Positions 28,426-37,642 of a stretch of 64,000 nucleotides of DNA are shown piece by piece; position 1 is the first letter of the stretch, and every line of letters begins with the position of its first letter. This DNA is from Candidatus Izemoplasmatales bacterium. GTDB taxonomy: Bacteria > Bacillota_I > Bacilli_A > Izemoplasmatales > Hujiaoplasmataceae. The notes under the pieces were generated by a model. It worked only from the letters and a program-made list of their open reading frames with translations, was not told the origin of the DNA and ran no database searches. Position numbers and translations under genes: made by a program. The stretch spans positions 32,001 to 96,000 of the forward strand of contig JBFXGX010000002.1 of assembly GCA_050177605.1 (NCBI GenBank). The letters run 5' to 3'.

Positions 28426-31425
28426 ATGAAAAAGAAAGGGTTTATTTTTTTACTAGTTTTACTTTTTAGTTTCGGTCTTGTTTCTTGTACAGAAGATACA
28501 GCAGCAACTACTGCTGACACAAGTACAACGGAAACGACTACAACTACAACAAGTGAAACTACTCAATCAACAACAGCATTCTCAATCACAATTTCTGGAT
28601 TAACAGATGCTGGTTATGATGAAAAAATTTATACAGGCGAAGCATTTGATTTATTAGCAGGCGTATCTGCTATGGGATCTGATGGTGTCGACTACGTTGA
28701 TAACATCTTACTACAAAGTGATGATGCTGCATGTCAAATCGAAGATGGAAAATTAACTTCCAACTCCGCTAAAGTGTGTGTTATTACTTATACAGTTGTT
28801 GTTAACTCAAAAATCGCTAGAGATACTCGTAACGTTAAAATCTCTTCAGCTCCAGTAACAATTGATTTTACTGAAACTGACCGTTTTGACAATGATGTAT
28901 TATTTGGAACAGATTATGCAATCACAACTGATGACCCAGGCGTCAATAAATTCCATTATTGGCAAGCTGCAGCTACAGTACTTGGTGATACAGGTTCTGT
29001 TACAGTAGCAGATGGAAAACTTGTTATCGTTCAAGAATCTATGGGTGATGTAAACTATGCTCTTCAAGTTATCGCTTTAACTGAAGTTGCTTTAGAAGAA
29101 GGACGTACTTACAAAATTACGTTAACAATTACATCAACTACTGATCGTGTAATTGATATCGTTACAAAAGCTCCAAACAATGATTATGCAAATGATACTC
29201 ATAGTTTAATTGAAGTTTCAACTGGAACAGCGGACTACGAAATGGTATTCGTAGCGAACCAAGATACATTACACCTTAACATTATGACAGGTGCTGTTGA
29301 AGGTAACCTAAATGCTGGTACACTTGAATTTTCAAACTTCAAATTATGGGAAGGTCCAATCGTAATTGAATATACAGAAGTAGCTGATTTCTTCACAAAT
29401 ACAGAAGTAGCTGCTGATACAGCGATTGAATTCAATTCTAGTACAGATACTGACTATGTAAGAGAATTCTACTATTGGGATAATGCTAGTGGTGCTATGA
29501 TGAGTGGTACAACTACTGCTGATGGTGTTGATGTTACTCTTGTATCTGAAGGCTCAAATACATGGGAAAACCAATTACAATGGAACGACGTTAATAAAGC
29601 TGGAACTCCTTTAATTAAGGGTGGAGCTTATAAATTAACATTCGATGTAAACTCTACAGTTGTTAGAACAATTGAAGTAGCTATTACTGGTAGCGTCAAT
29701 GGCTTACCTAGTTCAGCTTCTCAAGTTGTTGAATTAGCAGTTGGAGATAACACAGTTACATTAGAATTTACTTCTTTATATGATTACTATTTCATGAAGA
29801 TAATGATGGGTAACTATGGCGATCTTGATGGCCTTGGAACTTTATCATTCACAAACTTCCAATTATTCGTTGATGTAAATGCTACACCAGCTGAAGAAGA
29901 AGAAGGCACAGTAGTTGACGGTGTTGACTACTGGACAGATGAATTCGTTACTGTTGAAAATGGAATCCAAAATGGTGATTTCTCTAAAGAAGGTATGGTT
30001 ATTGATGCTGATGGCACAGATGGATGGACATACTGGACTACAGTAGATCAAACATGGGCATCCGTTCAACTAGACGCTACATTCGCAATTACTGATGGAA
30101 AACTAGTAGCTACTACATTAGGAAGCGGTGGAGAAGTTTGGTATATTCAACTTTCTTATCGTCCTACAGAAGACTACAATGTAAATCCTGGTGCAACTTA
30201 CAGAGTTGAATTTGATGTTAATGCTTCTGTTGCAGGAACATTCTCTATGGAAATGACGACAACTGGTAACGTAGCAAATGTTGCTATCCCTGTTACTTTA
30301 GTTGAAGGTGATAACCATGTAGTTGTTGAATATGTTGCATACGAAGAAAACTTCAAATTAACAGCTTGTTTAGGTTTATATGGTGCTGCAGTGTTAACAT
30401 TTGATAACTTTACAATCGCAGAAGAACAAATCTTCGGTTACTTAGATCTTGAAGATGGAATCCAAAATGGCGATTTCTCTAAAGAAGGTATGGTTATTGA
30501 TGCAGATGCTACAGATGGATGGTCTTACTGGACTACAGTTGATCAATCATGGGCATCCGTTCAAATCGACGCTACATTCGCTATTACTGATGGCGCTGCA
30601 GTTGTTACTACATTAGGAACTGGTGGAGAAGTATGGTACATCCAATTCTCATATCGTCCAAGTGAAGATTACAATGTAAAACCTGGATATACTTATCAAG
30701 TAGAATTTGATGTTAACGCATCTGTTGCGGGAACATTCTCTATGGAAATGACGACTACTGGTAACGTAGCTAACGTAGCTATCCCTGTTACTTTAGTTGA
30801 AGGTGCAAACCACATCGTATTAAGTTATGTTGCTTACGAAGAAAACTTCAAATTAACAGCTAGCTTAGGATTATATGGATTAGCAACATTAACATTTGAT
30901 AACTTTACATTAACAGAAGTTTACCAATTCGATAATGGTGCAGACGTTACTATTCAAAATGGTGATTTTTCTAAAGAAGGTATGGTTATTGATGCAACTG
31001 GTACAGATGGTTGGACATACTGGACAACAGTAGATCAATCATGGGCATCAACTCAAATCGACGCTACATTCGCTATTACTGATGGTGCATTAGTTGTTAA
31101 TACACTTGGAAGTGGTGGAGAAGTTTGGTACATCCAATTATCTTATCGTCCAATTGAAGACTATGATGTAACTGCTGGTTACGTATACGTTGTAGAATTT
31201 GACGTAAATGCATCTGTTGCTGGAACATTCTCATTTGAAATGACGACAACTGGTAATGTTGCAAACGTTGCAGTTCCTGTTACTTTAGTAGAAGGCGCTA
31301 ACCATGTTACAGTTACATTTGTAGCATATGAAGCTAACTTAAAATTAACAGCTTGTTTAGGTCTTTATGGTGTTGCTACATTAACATTTGATAACTTCGT
31401 AATTAACGAATTCGTACCTCGCTAA
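28426..31425 (+). CDS. Surface lipoprotein with multiple carbohydrate-binding modules (CBM4/9-like), no visible catalytic domain
   Basis: Lipobox LVSC, Thr-rich tether, Ig-like segment, then repeated IQNGDFS...GW.YW...WYIQ.SY...Y.VEFD modules. Confidence 0.75.
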   Translation: MKKKGFIFLLVLLFSFGLVSCTEDTAATTADTSTTETTTTTTSETTQSTTAFSITISGLTDAGYDEKIYTGEAFDLLAGVSAMGSDGVDYVDNILLQSDDAACQIEDGKLTSNSAKVCVITYTVVVNSKIARDTRNVKISSAPVTIDFTETDRFDNDVLFGTDYAITTDDPGVNKFHYWQAAATVLGDTGSVTVADGKLVIVQESMGDVNYALQVIALTEVALEEGRTYKITLTITSTTDRVIDIVTKAPNNDYANDTHSLIEVSTGTADYEMVFVANQDTLHLNIMTGAVEGNLNAGTLEFSNFKLWEGPIVIEYTEVADFFTNTEVAADTAIEFNSSTDTDYVREFYYWDNASGAMMSGTTTADGVDVTLVSEGSNTWENQLQWNDVNKAGTPLIKGGAYKLTFDVNSTVVRTIEVAITGSVNGLPSSASQVVELAVGDNTVTLEFTSLYDYYFMKIMMGNYGDLDGLGTLSFTNFQLFVDVNATPAEEEEGTVVDGVDYWTDEFVTVENGIQNGDFSKEGMVIDADGTDGWTYWTTVDQTWASVQLDATFAITDGKLVATTLGSGGEVWYIQLSYRPTEDYNVNPGATYRVEFDVNASVAGTFSMEMTTTGNVANVAIPVTLVEGDNHVVVEYVAYEENFKLTACLGLYGAAVLTFDNFTIAEEQIFGYLDLEDGIQNGDFSKEGMVIDADATDGWSYWTTVDQSWASVQIDATFAITDGAAVVTTLGTGGEVWYIQFSYRPSEDYNVKPGYTYQVEFDVNASVAGTFSMEMTTTGNVANVAIPVTLVEGANHIVLSYVAYEENFKLTASLGLYGLATLTFDNFTLTEVYQFDNGADVTIQNGDFSKEGMVIDATGTDGWTYWTTVDQSWASTQIDATFAITDGALVVNTLGSGGEVWYIQLSYRPIEDYDVTAGYVYVVEFDVNASVAGTFSFEMTTTGNVANVAVPVTLVEGANHVTVTFVAYEANLKLTACLGLYGVATLTFDNFVINEFVPR
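29965..31398 (+). repeat. Three tandem near-identical intragenic repeats (~495 bp, CBM4-like modules)
   Basis: Units start at 29965, 30460 and 30952 (ATYCAAAATGGYGATTT...), periods 495 and 492 nt. Confidence 0.9.
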
Positions 31426-31453
31426 TACGGTAATATTCAAATAAAAAGACTTT

Positions 31454-31491
31454 CGGGACATGAAAAATCATGTCCCGTTTTCTTTTCTTTT
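31454..31491 (+). terminator. Intrinsic terminator
   Basis: CGGGACATGA-AAAA-TCATGTCCCG plus T-rich tail. Confidence 0.88.
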
Positions 31492-31552
31492 AGTGACTGA
31501 TGGCCACGCTATTATCGATAAAAAAAGATTACGATTTTCTTTATCTCTTTGC

Positions 31553-31616
31553 TTGATTCGGTAAGGCATTAATGTTATAATATTAATTCAAATAGTAAAG
31601 CGCTTACTAAAGCGCT
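31553..31616 (+). promoter_or_regulatory. Sigma-A promoter plus LacI/cre-like palindrome
   Basis: TTGATT 31553-31558, 17 nt, TGtTATAAT ending 31581; TAGTAAAGCGCTTACTA 31593-31609 with TAAAGCGCT repeated. Confidence 0.6.
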
Positions 31617-31631
31617 AAAAGGTGTGATATT

Positions 31632-32174
31632 ATGTTTTTATCTGTTTTTACAAATTTTCTCGATACTGGACCTAATTTAGGAGAGATCATACTACGTATG
31701 ACTTTAACTGCATTCTTCGTTGGAATCATTGGAGTCGAACGACAAATGCGTCATAAAATCGCTGGCGTTACGACGCACTTAATGGTAGCTTTCGGTGCTT
31801 GTGGAATCGCTATCTTGCAAGATAGTTTATATTACCAAGCATTGAGTTTAGCAACTGATTTAGCAGCGCAAGGAGTGACAGTTAACTTAGAACGTCAAAG
31901 GGTGATTGCGCAAGTAGTCACTGGTGTTGGGTTCTTAGGCGCAGGTACAATTCTAAAAACATCCAATGGAATTTCTGGTCTTACAACAGCAGCGACGATT
32001 TGGCTTGCTTCAATGATAGGACTTGCATTTGGTATGGGTGGATACGTGATTGGGACAGTCATCAGTTTATTCTCTCTTGTCTTTTTAACAGGAGTCAGAA
32101 AATTGCTTGAACTTACAACGATCAAACATGTTAAATCGCCTGACATTCTAGGTGCTGAAATAATAGAAAAGTAG
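31632..32174 (+). CDS. MgtC/SapB family membrane protein
   Basis: IGVERQ, AGVTTH, RVIAQVVTGVGFLGAGTI and GLTTAATIW motifs. Confidence 0.92.
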   Translation: MFLSVFTNFLDTGPNLGEIILRMTLTAFFVGIIGVERQMRHKIAGVTTHLMVAFGACGIAILQDSLYYQALSLATDLAAQGVTVNLERQRVIAQVVTGVGFLGAGTILKTSNGISGLTTAATIWLASMIGLAFGMGGYVIGTVISLFSLVFLTGVRKLLELTTIKHVKSPDILGAEIIEK

Positions 32175-32203
32175 AGGTATTCAATTGAGTGCCTCTTTTT
32201 TTT
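32173..32203 (+). terminator. Intrinsic terminator
   Basis: AGAGGTATTC/GAGTGCCTCT stem with G-U pairs, followed by T-tract. Confidence 0.75.
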
Positions 32204-32281
32204 ATGACTTTTTCATTCATATTTTTTGCAAAAAGAAGCGCTATAGAGTACAATAGAAGGTGTTGATTTGGAGGTAAATAT

Positions 32282-33097
32282 ATGGCAACTTTAGAAATTA
32301 AAAACTTATTCGTATCAGTCGAAGGACGTACGATTTTACACGGAATAAATTTAACCGTTAATGGCGGAGAAACTCACGCAATTATGGGACCGAATGGAAC
32401 AGGGAAATCAACCCTTGCTCAAATTATTATGGGTCATCCAAAATATGTGATCGAATCTGGTGAAATACTACTTGATGGAGAACTAGTCAATGAAATGCCA
32501 GTCGATGAAAGAAGTCGCAAAGGAATTTTTCTTGCAATGCAAAATCCGGTTGAAGTACCAGGGGTAACCAACTTTGATTTTGTAAAAACAGCTGTGACGT
32601 CTAGACTACCAAAAGATAAACATTTGCGTATTGGCAAATTTATCTTAGAGTTTGAAGATAGTGCTAAAGATTTAAAGATGGCATCTGGATTATCTCATCG
32701 CTTCTTAAATCAAGGATTTAGTGGTGGAGAGAAAAAAAGAAATGAAATCTTACAAATGAAATTACTAAAACCATCCATCGCATTTTTGGATGAAATCGAT
32801 TCTGGCCTAGATGTTGATGCACTTAGAATTGTTGGCGAAAATGTTACAAAACTTAAATCACCAGATTTAGGTATGGTACTCATCACCCATTATCAAAGAT
32901 TATTAGATTACATTGTACCTGATGTTGTTCATATTATGATAAAAGGTCAAATTGTTAAAACAGGTGGAAAAGAACTCATCGCTAAAATTGATTCTGATGG
33001 ATATGATTGGTTAAAAGAAGAACTTGGCATTACTGATTTTGACGAAGCACCTAAACAAGTTTCCCTTGGCACATGTGCGACAAAATCTTTACATTAG
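32282..33097 (+). CDS. sufC: Fe-S cluster assembly ATPase SufC
   Basis: HAIMGPNGTGKST, GFSGGEKKRNE, LDEIDSGLDVDA and ITHYQRLL. Confidence 0.96.
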   Translation: MATLEIKNLFVSVEGRTILHGINLTVNGGETHAIMGPNGTGKSTLAQIIMGHPKYVIESGEILLDGELVNEMPVDERSRKGIFLAMQNPVEVPGVTNFDFVKTAVTSRLPKDKHLRIGKFILEFEDSAKDLKMASGLSHRFLNQGFSGGEKKRNEILQMKLLKPSIAFLDEIDSGLDVDALRIVGENVTKLKSPDLGMVLITHYQRLLDYIVPDVVHIMIKGQIVKTGGKELIAKIDSDGYDWLKEELGITDFDEAPKQVSLGTCATKSLH

Positions 33098-33106
33098 GGT
33101 AGCATA

Positions 33107-34018
33107 ATGAAATTACCTATTTATGTAGCCAATGAAGCAGATATTCTTATAACCGATCAAGTAATAGGTTCTATACCAGGTGTTGAGATTACGTTAAGTA
33201 ATTCCTATTTATCATTATCCATAATGAAATCAGTGAAAGATGAAGTAACTGTCGTTATTTTATCGAATAATCCTTATGAAATTTCTTTTTCGTTTGAAAA
33301 AGATACGATGTGCAAGTTGAATGTCATTTACTATTTTACAAAGAAAACCAAATTGAATACTTTATTTAGTCTTTGTGATGACACGAATGTATTACTCAAC
33401 GAAACCTATTTATCTTCGAAAAAAGTAGAGGTTCAAAATAATCGAGAATTTGCATTATCTAGAAATGCGGTTCTAAACCTCAATTTAGGACAGTTATCAG
33501 TAGGTTCATTCGTAATGAATGAAGAAATCTTATTAAAAGACGAGACTTCGGAATTAGCCTATGATACGCTTTATCTTGGGTCGAATGATGATCTCTTTAC
33601 TGTTACCCAAAATATTCGTCATCTATCGAAGAACGCAACCTCAAACATCAATAATATGATTGTCTCTAGTAATTCATCTGAACTGAATTTTTCAGTGAAT
33701 GGTTATATTGCGAAGGGAATGAGTGGCTCCGTTTGTCGTCAACAAAATCGTGGCGTAATCTTAAGTGAGACCGGGAGTGTCCGAGTAGATCCAAAACTAT
33801 ATATTGATGAATATGATGTTGAAGCTGGCCATGGCGCAGCGATTGGCCAAATCAATGAAGATGAAATGTTTTATTTATTAAGCCGTGGGTTGGATGAAAT
33901 CAACGCAAAAAGATTAATTTTATCAGGATATACAGAAAATTATTTAAGCAGTTTAGAAGACTCCTTATTTAAAACCAAAGTGATAAAAAAAGTGTCACAA
34001 AAAATCAAAGGAGAATAA
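33107..34018 (+). CDS. sufD: Fe-S cluster assembly protein SufD
   Basis: PKLYIDEYDVEAGHGA and FYLLSRGL motifs; position between sufC and sufS. Confidence 0.88.
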   Translation: MKLPIYVANEADILITDQVIGSIPGVEITLSNSYLSLSIMKSVKDEVTVVILSNNPYEISFSFEKDTMCKLNVIYYFTKKTKLNTLFSLCDDTNVLLNETYLSSKKVEVQNNREFALSRNAVLNLNLGQLSVGSFVMNEEILLKDETSELAYDTLYLGSNDDLFTVTQNIRHLSKNATSNINNMIVSSNSSELNFSVNGYIAKGMSGSVCRQQNRGVILSETGSVRVDPKLYIDEYDVEAGHGAAIGQINEDEMFYLLSRGLDEINAKRLILSGYTENYLSSLEDSLFKTKVIKKVSQKIKGE

Positions 34019-34019
34019 C

Positions 34020-35225
34020 GTGGAACAAAACATTTGGAAAAAAGACTTCCCACAATTACAAAATTCAATCGTTTATTTAGACTCTGCAGCGATGAGTTTA
34101 AAACCAAACACGGTTGTGGATCAGGTGCATCACTATTACAATGATCTTAGTGTAAACATTCACCGTGGTTTTTATCCAACTGGACTGGAAACTTCAGCGT
34201 TATACGAATCAACTCGTGAAACGGTTGCTTCTTATATTGGATGCAGTGAAGAAGAAATCGTATTTACAAGAGGTACAACAGCTTCATTAAATCTTGTGGC
34301 TTTTTCTTATGGATTGAATTCTATCAATGAAGGTGATGAAATCATCACTTCTGAGTTAGAACATCATTCAAATTTACTTCCATGGATGGAAGTTGCAAAA
34401 AAGAAAAATGCAAAACTTGTCTACATACCATTAACGGAAGAAGGACGAATTACAGTAGAAGCGTTTAAGTCAGTTCTCTCGTCAAAAACAAAAGTGGTCG
34501 CATTAACCTACGTATCAAATGTGATGGGATATATCACGCCAATAGAAGAAATTACCAAATTAGCGCATGAAGTAGGAGCGATTGTCTCAGTTGATGGCGC
34601 GCAGGCTCTGCCACATTTAAGAATTAATGTAAGAAAACTTGATATTGATTTCTTGGCTTTTTCTGGCCATAAAATGCTTGGGCCAACAGGTGTTGGTGTA
34701 CTATATGGAAAGCATTCATTGCTCGATAAAATGGCTCCAACAGAGTTTGGCGGAGATATGAATGATATCGTCAATAAATTCGACGCTGTCTACAAGGATG
34801 TTCCCTATCGTTTTGAATCAGGGACAATGCCCGTTGCCAGTGTCATTGGCTTAAAGAACGCAATCGACTATTTGAATCAAGTAGGGATCGAAACGATTGA
34901 AGACTATCAAAACAAAGTCTACAGATACGCGCTTGCGCGTCTGTCAAAAATAGAGGGTGTGGAGATTTATAATCCAAACAGCGATACTGCAATTATCTCT
35001 TTTAATTTAAAAGATGTTCCACCCCATGATGCAGTATCTTATTATAGTGAAAAAAACATTTGTATGCGCTCTGGACAACATTGTGCAAAACTAGTATCAG
35101 ATTTTCTTGGTATTCAAGGATGTTTACGCGCATCATTTTATATTTATAATGATTATAAAGACGTTGATCAATTCATTGACGTCACGAAAGAAGCCATCGC
35201 TTTCTTTAAAAGAATGGGCTTTTAG
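34020..35225 (+). CDS. sufS: Cysteine desulfurase SufS
   Basis: YLDSAA, EHHSN, FSGHKMLGPTG and RSGQHCA motifs. Confidence 0.93.
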   Translation: MEQNIWKKDFPQLQNSIVYLDSAAMSLKPNTVVDQVHHYYNDLSVNIHRGFYPTGLETSALYESTRETVASYIGCSEEEIVFTRGTTASLNLVAFSYGLNSINEGDEIITSELEHHSNLLPWMEVAKKKNAKLVYIPLTEEGRITVEAFKSVLSSKTKVVALTYVSNVMGYITPIEEITKLAHEVGAIVSVDGAQALPHLRINVRKLDIDFLAFSGHKMLGPTGVGVLYGKHSLLDKMAPTEFGGDMNDIVNKFDAVYKDVPYRFESGTMPVASVIGLKNAIDYLNQVGIETIEDYQNKVYRYALARLSKIEGVEIYNPNSDTAIISFNLKDVPPHDAVSYYSEKNICMRSGQHCAKLVSDFLGIQGCLRASFYIYNDYKDVDQFIDVTKEAIAFFKRMGF

Positions 35226-35234
35226 GAGGGTCAA

Positions 35235-35660
35235 ATGGCAAATTTAGAAAACTTATATCGTGAAGTAATTATGGAACACTATAAACACCCTAGGAATAAA
35301 GGGCTAATTATTGATCCAACCTATGTTTCAAAACATATCAAAAGTCCCACATGTATTGATGATATTACTGTACAATCAAAGGTAGAAAATGGGAAAGTAG
35401 TGGATTGTAGGCATGATGGAACAGGATGTTCTATTTGCTGCGCATCCGCATCCATTCTCACTGAAATGGTGATTGATAGAACGGTTGAAGAAGCCGAAAA
35501 AATTGTCACAAACTATATCAATATGGTAACGAATCAACCATATGACTCATCGGTAGATTTAGAAGAAGCAATGGCATTTGAAGAAGTTAGGTTATATCCT
35601 GCAAGAGTCAAATGTGCTTCGTTATCATGGAAGGCATTTTTAGATACAATTAAAAAGTAA
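35235..35660 (+). CDS. sufU: SUF system sulfur-transfer protein SufU
   Basis: [25 protein letters not shown] and ARVKCA. Confidence 0.92.
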   Translation: MANLENLYREVIMEHYKHPRNKGLIIDPTYVSKHIKSPTCIDDITVQSKVENGKVVDCRHDGTGCSICCASASILTEMVIDRTVEEAEKIVTNYINMVTNQPYDSSVDLEEAMAFEEVRLYPARVKCASLSWKAFLDTIKK

Positions 35661-35674
35661 AGGAGGTAAGGATT

Positions 35675-37087
35675 TTGAGCGATAAAGAAAGAGCGAACGT
35701 CGAAGGAATCGTTAGTGATTACAAATATGGATTTAAAACAGATTCCGAAAGCGTATTTCAAACCAAAAAAGGTTTGTCCAAAGAAGTAGTTACTGAAATC
35801 TCAAAATATAAAAATGAGCCTGAGTGGATGTTAGATATCCGTCTAAAAGCATATCAAGCGTTTATTGATAAACCAAATCCTACTTGGGGACCCAATCTAG
35901 ATTTTATTGATTTTGATGATATCGTCTATTATATTAAACCATCGAATAAAGTTGAAAATAATTGGAGTGAGGTACCAAGTGAAATTAAAGATACCTTTAA
36001 TAAACTTGGTATTCCTGAAGCAGAACAAAAATATCTTGCAGGGGTCACCACGCAATTTGAAAGTGAAGCTGTCTATCACTCTACAATTCAAGAACTCGTT
36101 GATTTAGGGGTGATTTTCTTAGATACTGATAGTGCATTAAGAGAGCATCCTGAAATCGTCAAAGAATATTTTGGGAAAGTTGTTAGCTATAAAGACAATA
36201 AGTATGCGGCGCTAAATACTGCTGTTTGGAGTGGTGGGTCCTTTATTTATGTTCCAAAAGGAGTCGTCATTGAAAAACCACTCCAATCCTATTTTAGAAT
36301 TAATTCTGAAAAAATGGGTCAATTTGAAAGGACTTTAATCATTGTCGAAGATAGTGCTTCCTTAAATTATGTTGAAGGATGTACCGCACCGATTTATTCT
36401 AGTGACTCCCTTCATGCGGCAGTCGTCGAAATTTTTGTGAAAGATAATGCTTATTGTCGTTATTCTACAGTTCAGAACTGGTCTAATAATATCATTAATT
36501 TAGTTACCAAAAGAGCTCTTGTTGGTGAAAGAGGGCATATGGAATGGATTGATGGAAATATTGGCTCAGGACTCAATATGAAATATCCTAGTTGTATTCT
36601 TAGAGGTGACTATGCAAAAGGGACAACGATCTCCATTGCGTTTGCAGGAAAAGGACAACATCAAGATACTGGCGCAAAAATGATTCATATTGGGAAAAAT
36701 ACATCAAGCAAGATTATCTCAAAATCAATTGCGACAAAAGGTGGTAAAGTTAACTATAGAGGCCTTGTCAGTGAAGCGAAGGGCGCTACAGGTTCAAGAA
36801 GTAAAATCGAATGCGATACAATTCTCGTAGATGCCATTTCTACTTCTGATACCTTACCAACAAACATCGTAAAAAATTATAAAGGACAAATCGAACATGA
36901 AGCTACGGTATCGAAAGTGTCAGAAGAACAACTCTTCTACTTGATGAGTAGAGGACTCACTGAAGAAGAAGCAACCGAGATGATTGTTATGGGATTTATA
37001 GAACCATTCGCGAGAGAATTACCGATGGAATATGCGGTAGAACTCAATCAATTGATTAAACTCGAAATGGTTGGCTCCGTTGGTTAA
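35675..37087 (+). CDS. sufB: Fe-S cluster assembly protein SufB
   Basis: [27 protein letters not shown] and [12 protein letters not shown] start after AGGAGG. Confidence 0.96.
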   Translation: MSDKERANVEGIVSDYKYGFKTDSESVFQTKKGLSKEVVTEISKYKNEPEWMLDIRLKAYQAFIDKPNPTWGPNLDFIDFDDIVYYIKPSNKVENNWSEVPSEIKDTFNKLGIPEAEQKYLAGVTTQFESEAVYHSTIQELVDLGVIFLDTDSALREHPEIVKEYFGKVVSYKDNKYAALNTAVWSGGSFIYVPKGVVIEKPLQSYFRINSEKMGQFERTLIIVEDSASLNYVEGCTAPIYSSDSLHAAVVEIFVKDNAYCRYSTVQNWSNNIINLVTKRALVGERGHMEWIDGNIGSGLNMKYPSCILRGDYAKGTTISIAFAGKGQHQDTGAKMIHIGKNTSSKIISKSIATKGGKVNYRGLVSEAKGATGSRSKIECDTILVDAISTSDTLPTNIVKNYKGQIEHEATVSKVSEEQLFYLMSRGLTEEEATEMIVMGFIEPFARELPMEYAVELNQLIKLEMVGSVG

Positions 37088-37111
37088 AAGCACAGAATAT
37101 GTGCTTTTTTC
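37086..37111 (+). terminator. Intrinsic terminator after sufB
   Basis: AAAAGCACA-GAATA-TGTGCTTTT plus T-run. Confidence 0.7.
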
Positions 37112-37196
37112 TTTATTTTTACACACCTATTTTTAAGAAGTTGCTTTTCATTTAAAGATGATTGTGATAGAATAACTAAAAAGGTGGTGGTGTATT

Positions 37197-37520
37197 ATGA
37201 AACTAGTGATGGCAATTGTGTCAAATGAAGATGCTAGTAAAGTAATCAAGACATTAATTAAAGAGAACTACTTTGTGACGAAACTCGCGACGACTGGTGG
37301 TTTCTTGATGAGCGGTAATACTACCATGATCATTGGTGTACAAGATGAATTACTTGATAAATGTATCCAAATTATTTCAGAAACATCCAGAAGAAGAACA
37401 AAATTGGTTCCGAATGCAATATCTTCTGAATTTGGGATCTTTTCATCAACACCAGTGGAAGTACAAGTTGGCGGCGCAACGATTTTTGTTCTCGATGTCG
37501 ATCAATTTATTAAAGCATAA
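37197..37520 (+). CDS. darA: PII-like cyclic-di-AMP receptor DarA/PstA
   Basis: MKLVMAIV, TKLATTGGFL.SGNTT and EVQVGGATIFV motifs. Confidence 0.92.
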   Translation: MKLVMAIVSNEDASKVIKTLIKENYFVTKLATTGGFLMSGNTTMIIGVQDELLDKCIQIISETSRRRTKLVPNAISSEFGIFSSTPVEVQVGGATIFVLDVDQFIKA

Positions 37521-37531
37521 TTATTTGACCT

Positions 37532-37560
37532 AAAAAGAGCTTAGTTAAGCTCTTTTTTTT
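37532..37560 (+). terminator. Intrinsic terminator after darA
   Basis: AAAAAGAGCTTA/TAAGCTCTTTTT inverted repeat plus T-run. Confidence 0.8.
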
Positions 37561-37600
37561 ATGAAAAATTAGAAAAAAAACATCACAAAATCTATCCTTG

Positions 37601-37626
37601 TGTTATAATGTATGTATACGGTTACA
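37601..37626 (+). promoter_or_regulatory. Extended -10 promoter and LacI/cre-type operator
   Basis: TGtTATAAT 37601-37609; TGTATACGGTTACA 37613-37626. Confidence 0.75.
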
Positions 37627-37642
37627 CAAGGGAGGGGAAGCC

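Noticed and set aside
29965..31398. Long repeats as possible CRISPR array or mobile element
   Set aside because: In-frame ~495-bp protein-domain repeats with synonymous divergence; no spacer structure or cas genes.
35340..35365. SufU has PTCID instead of the usual PTCGD
   Set aside because: The Cys and the Asp at +2 are retained, so no functional change can be argued.
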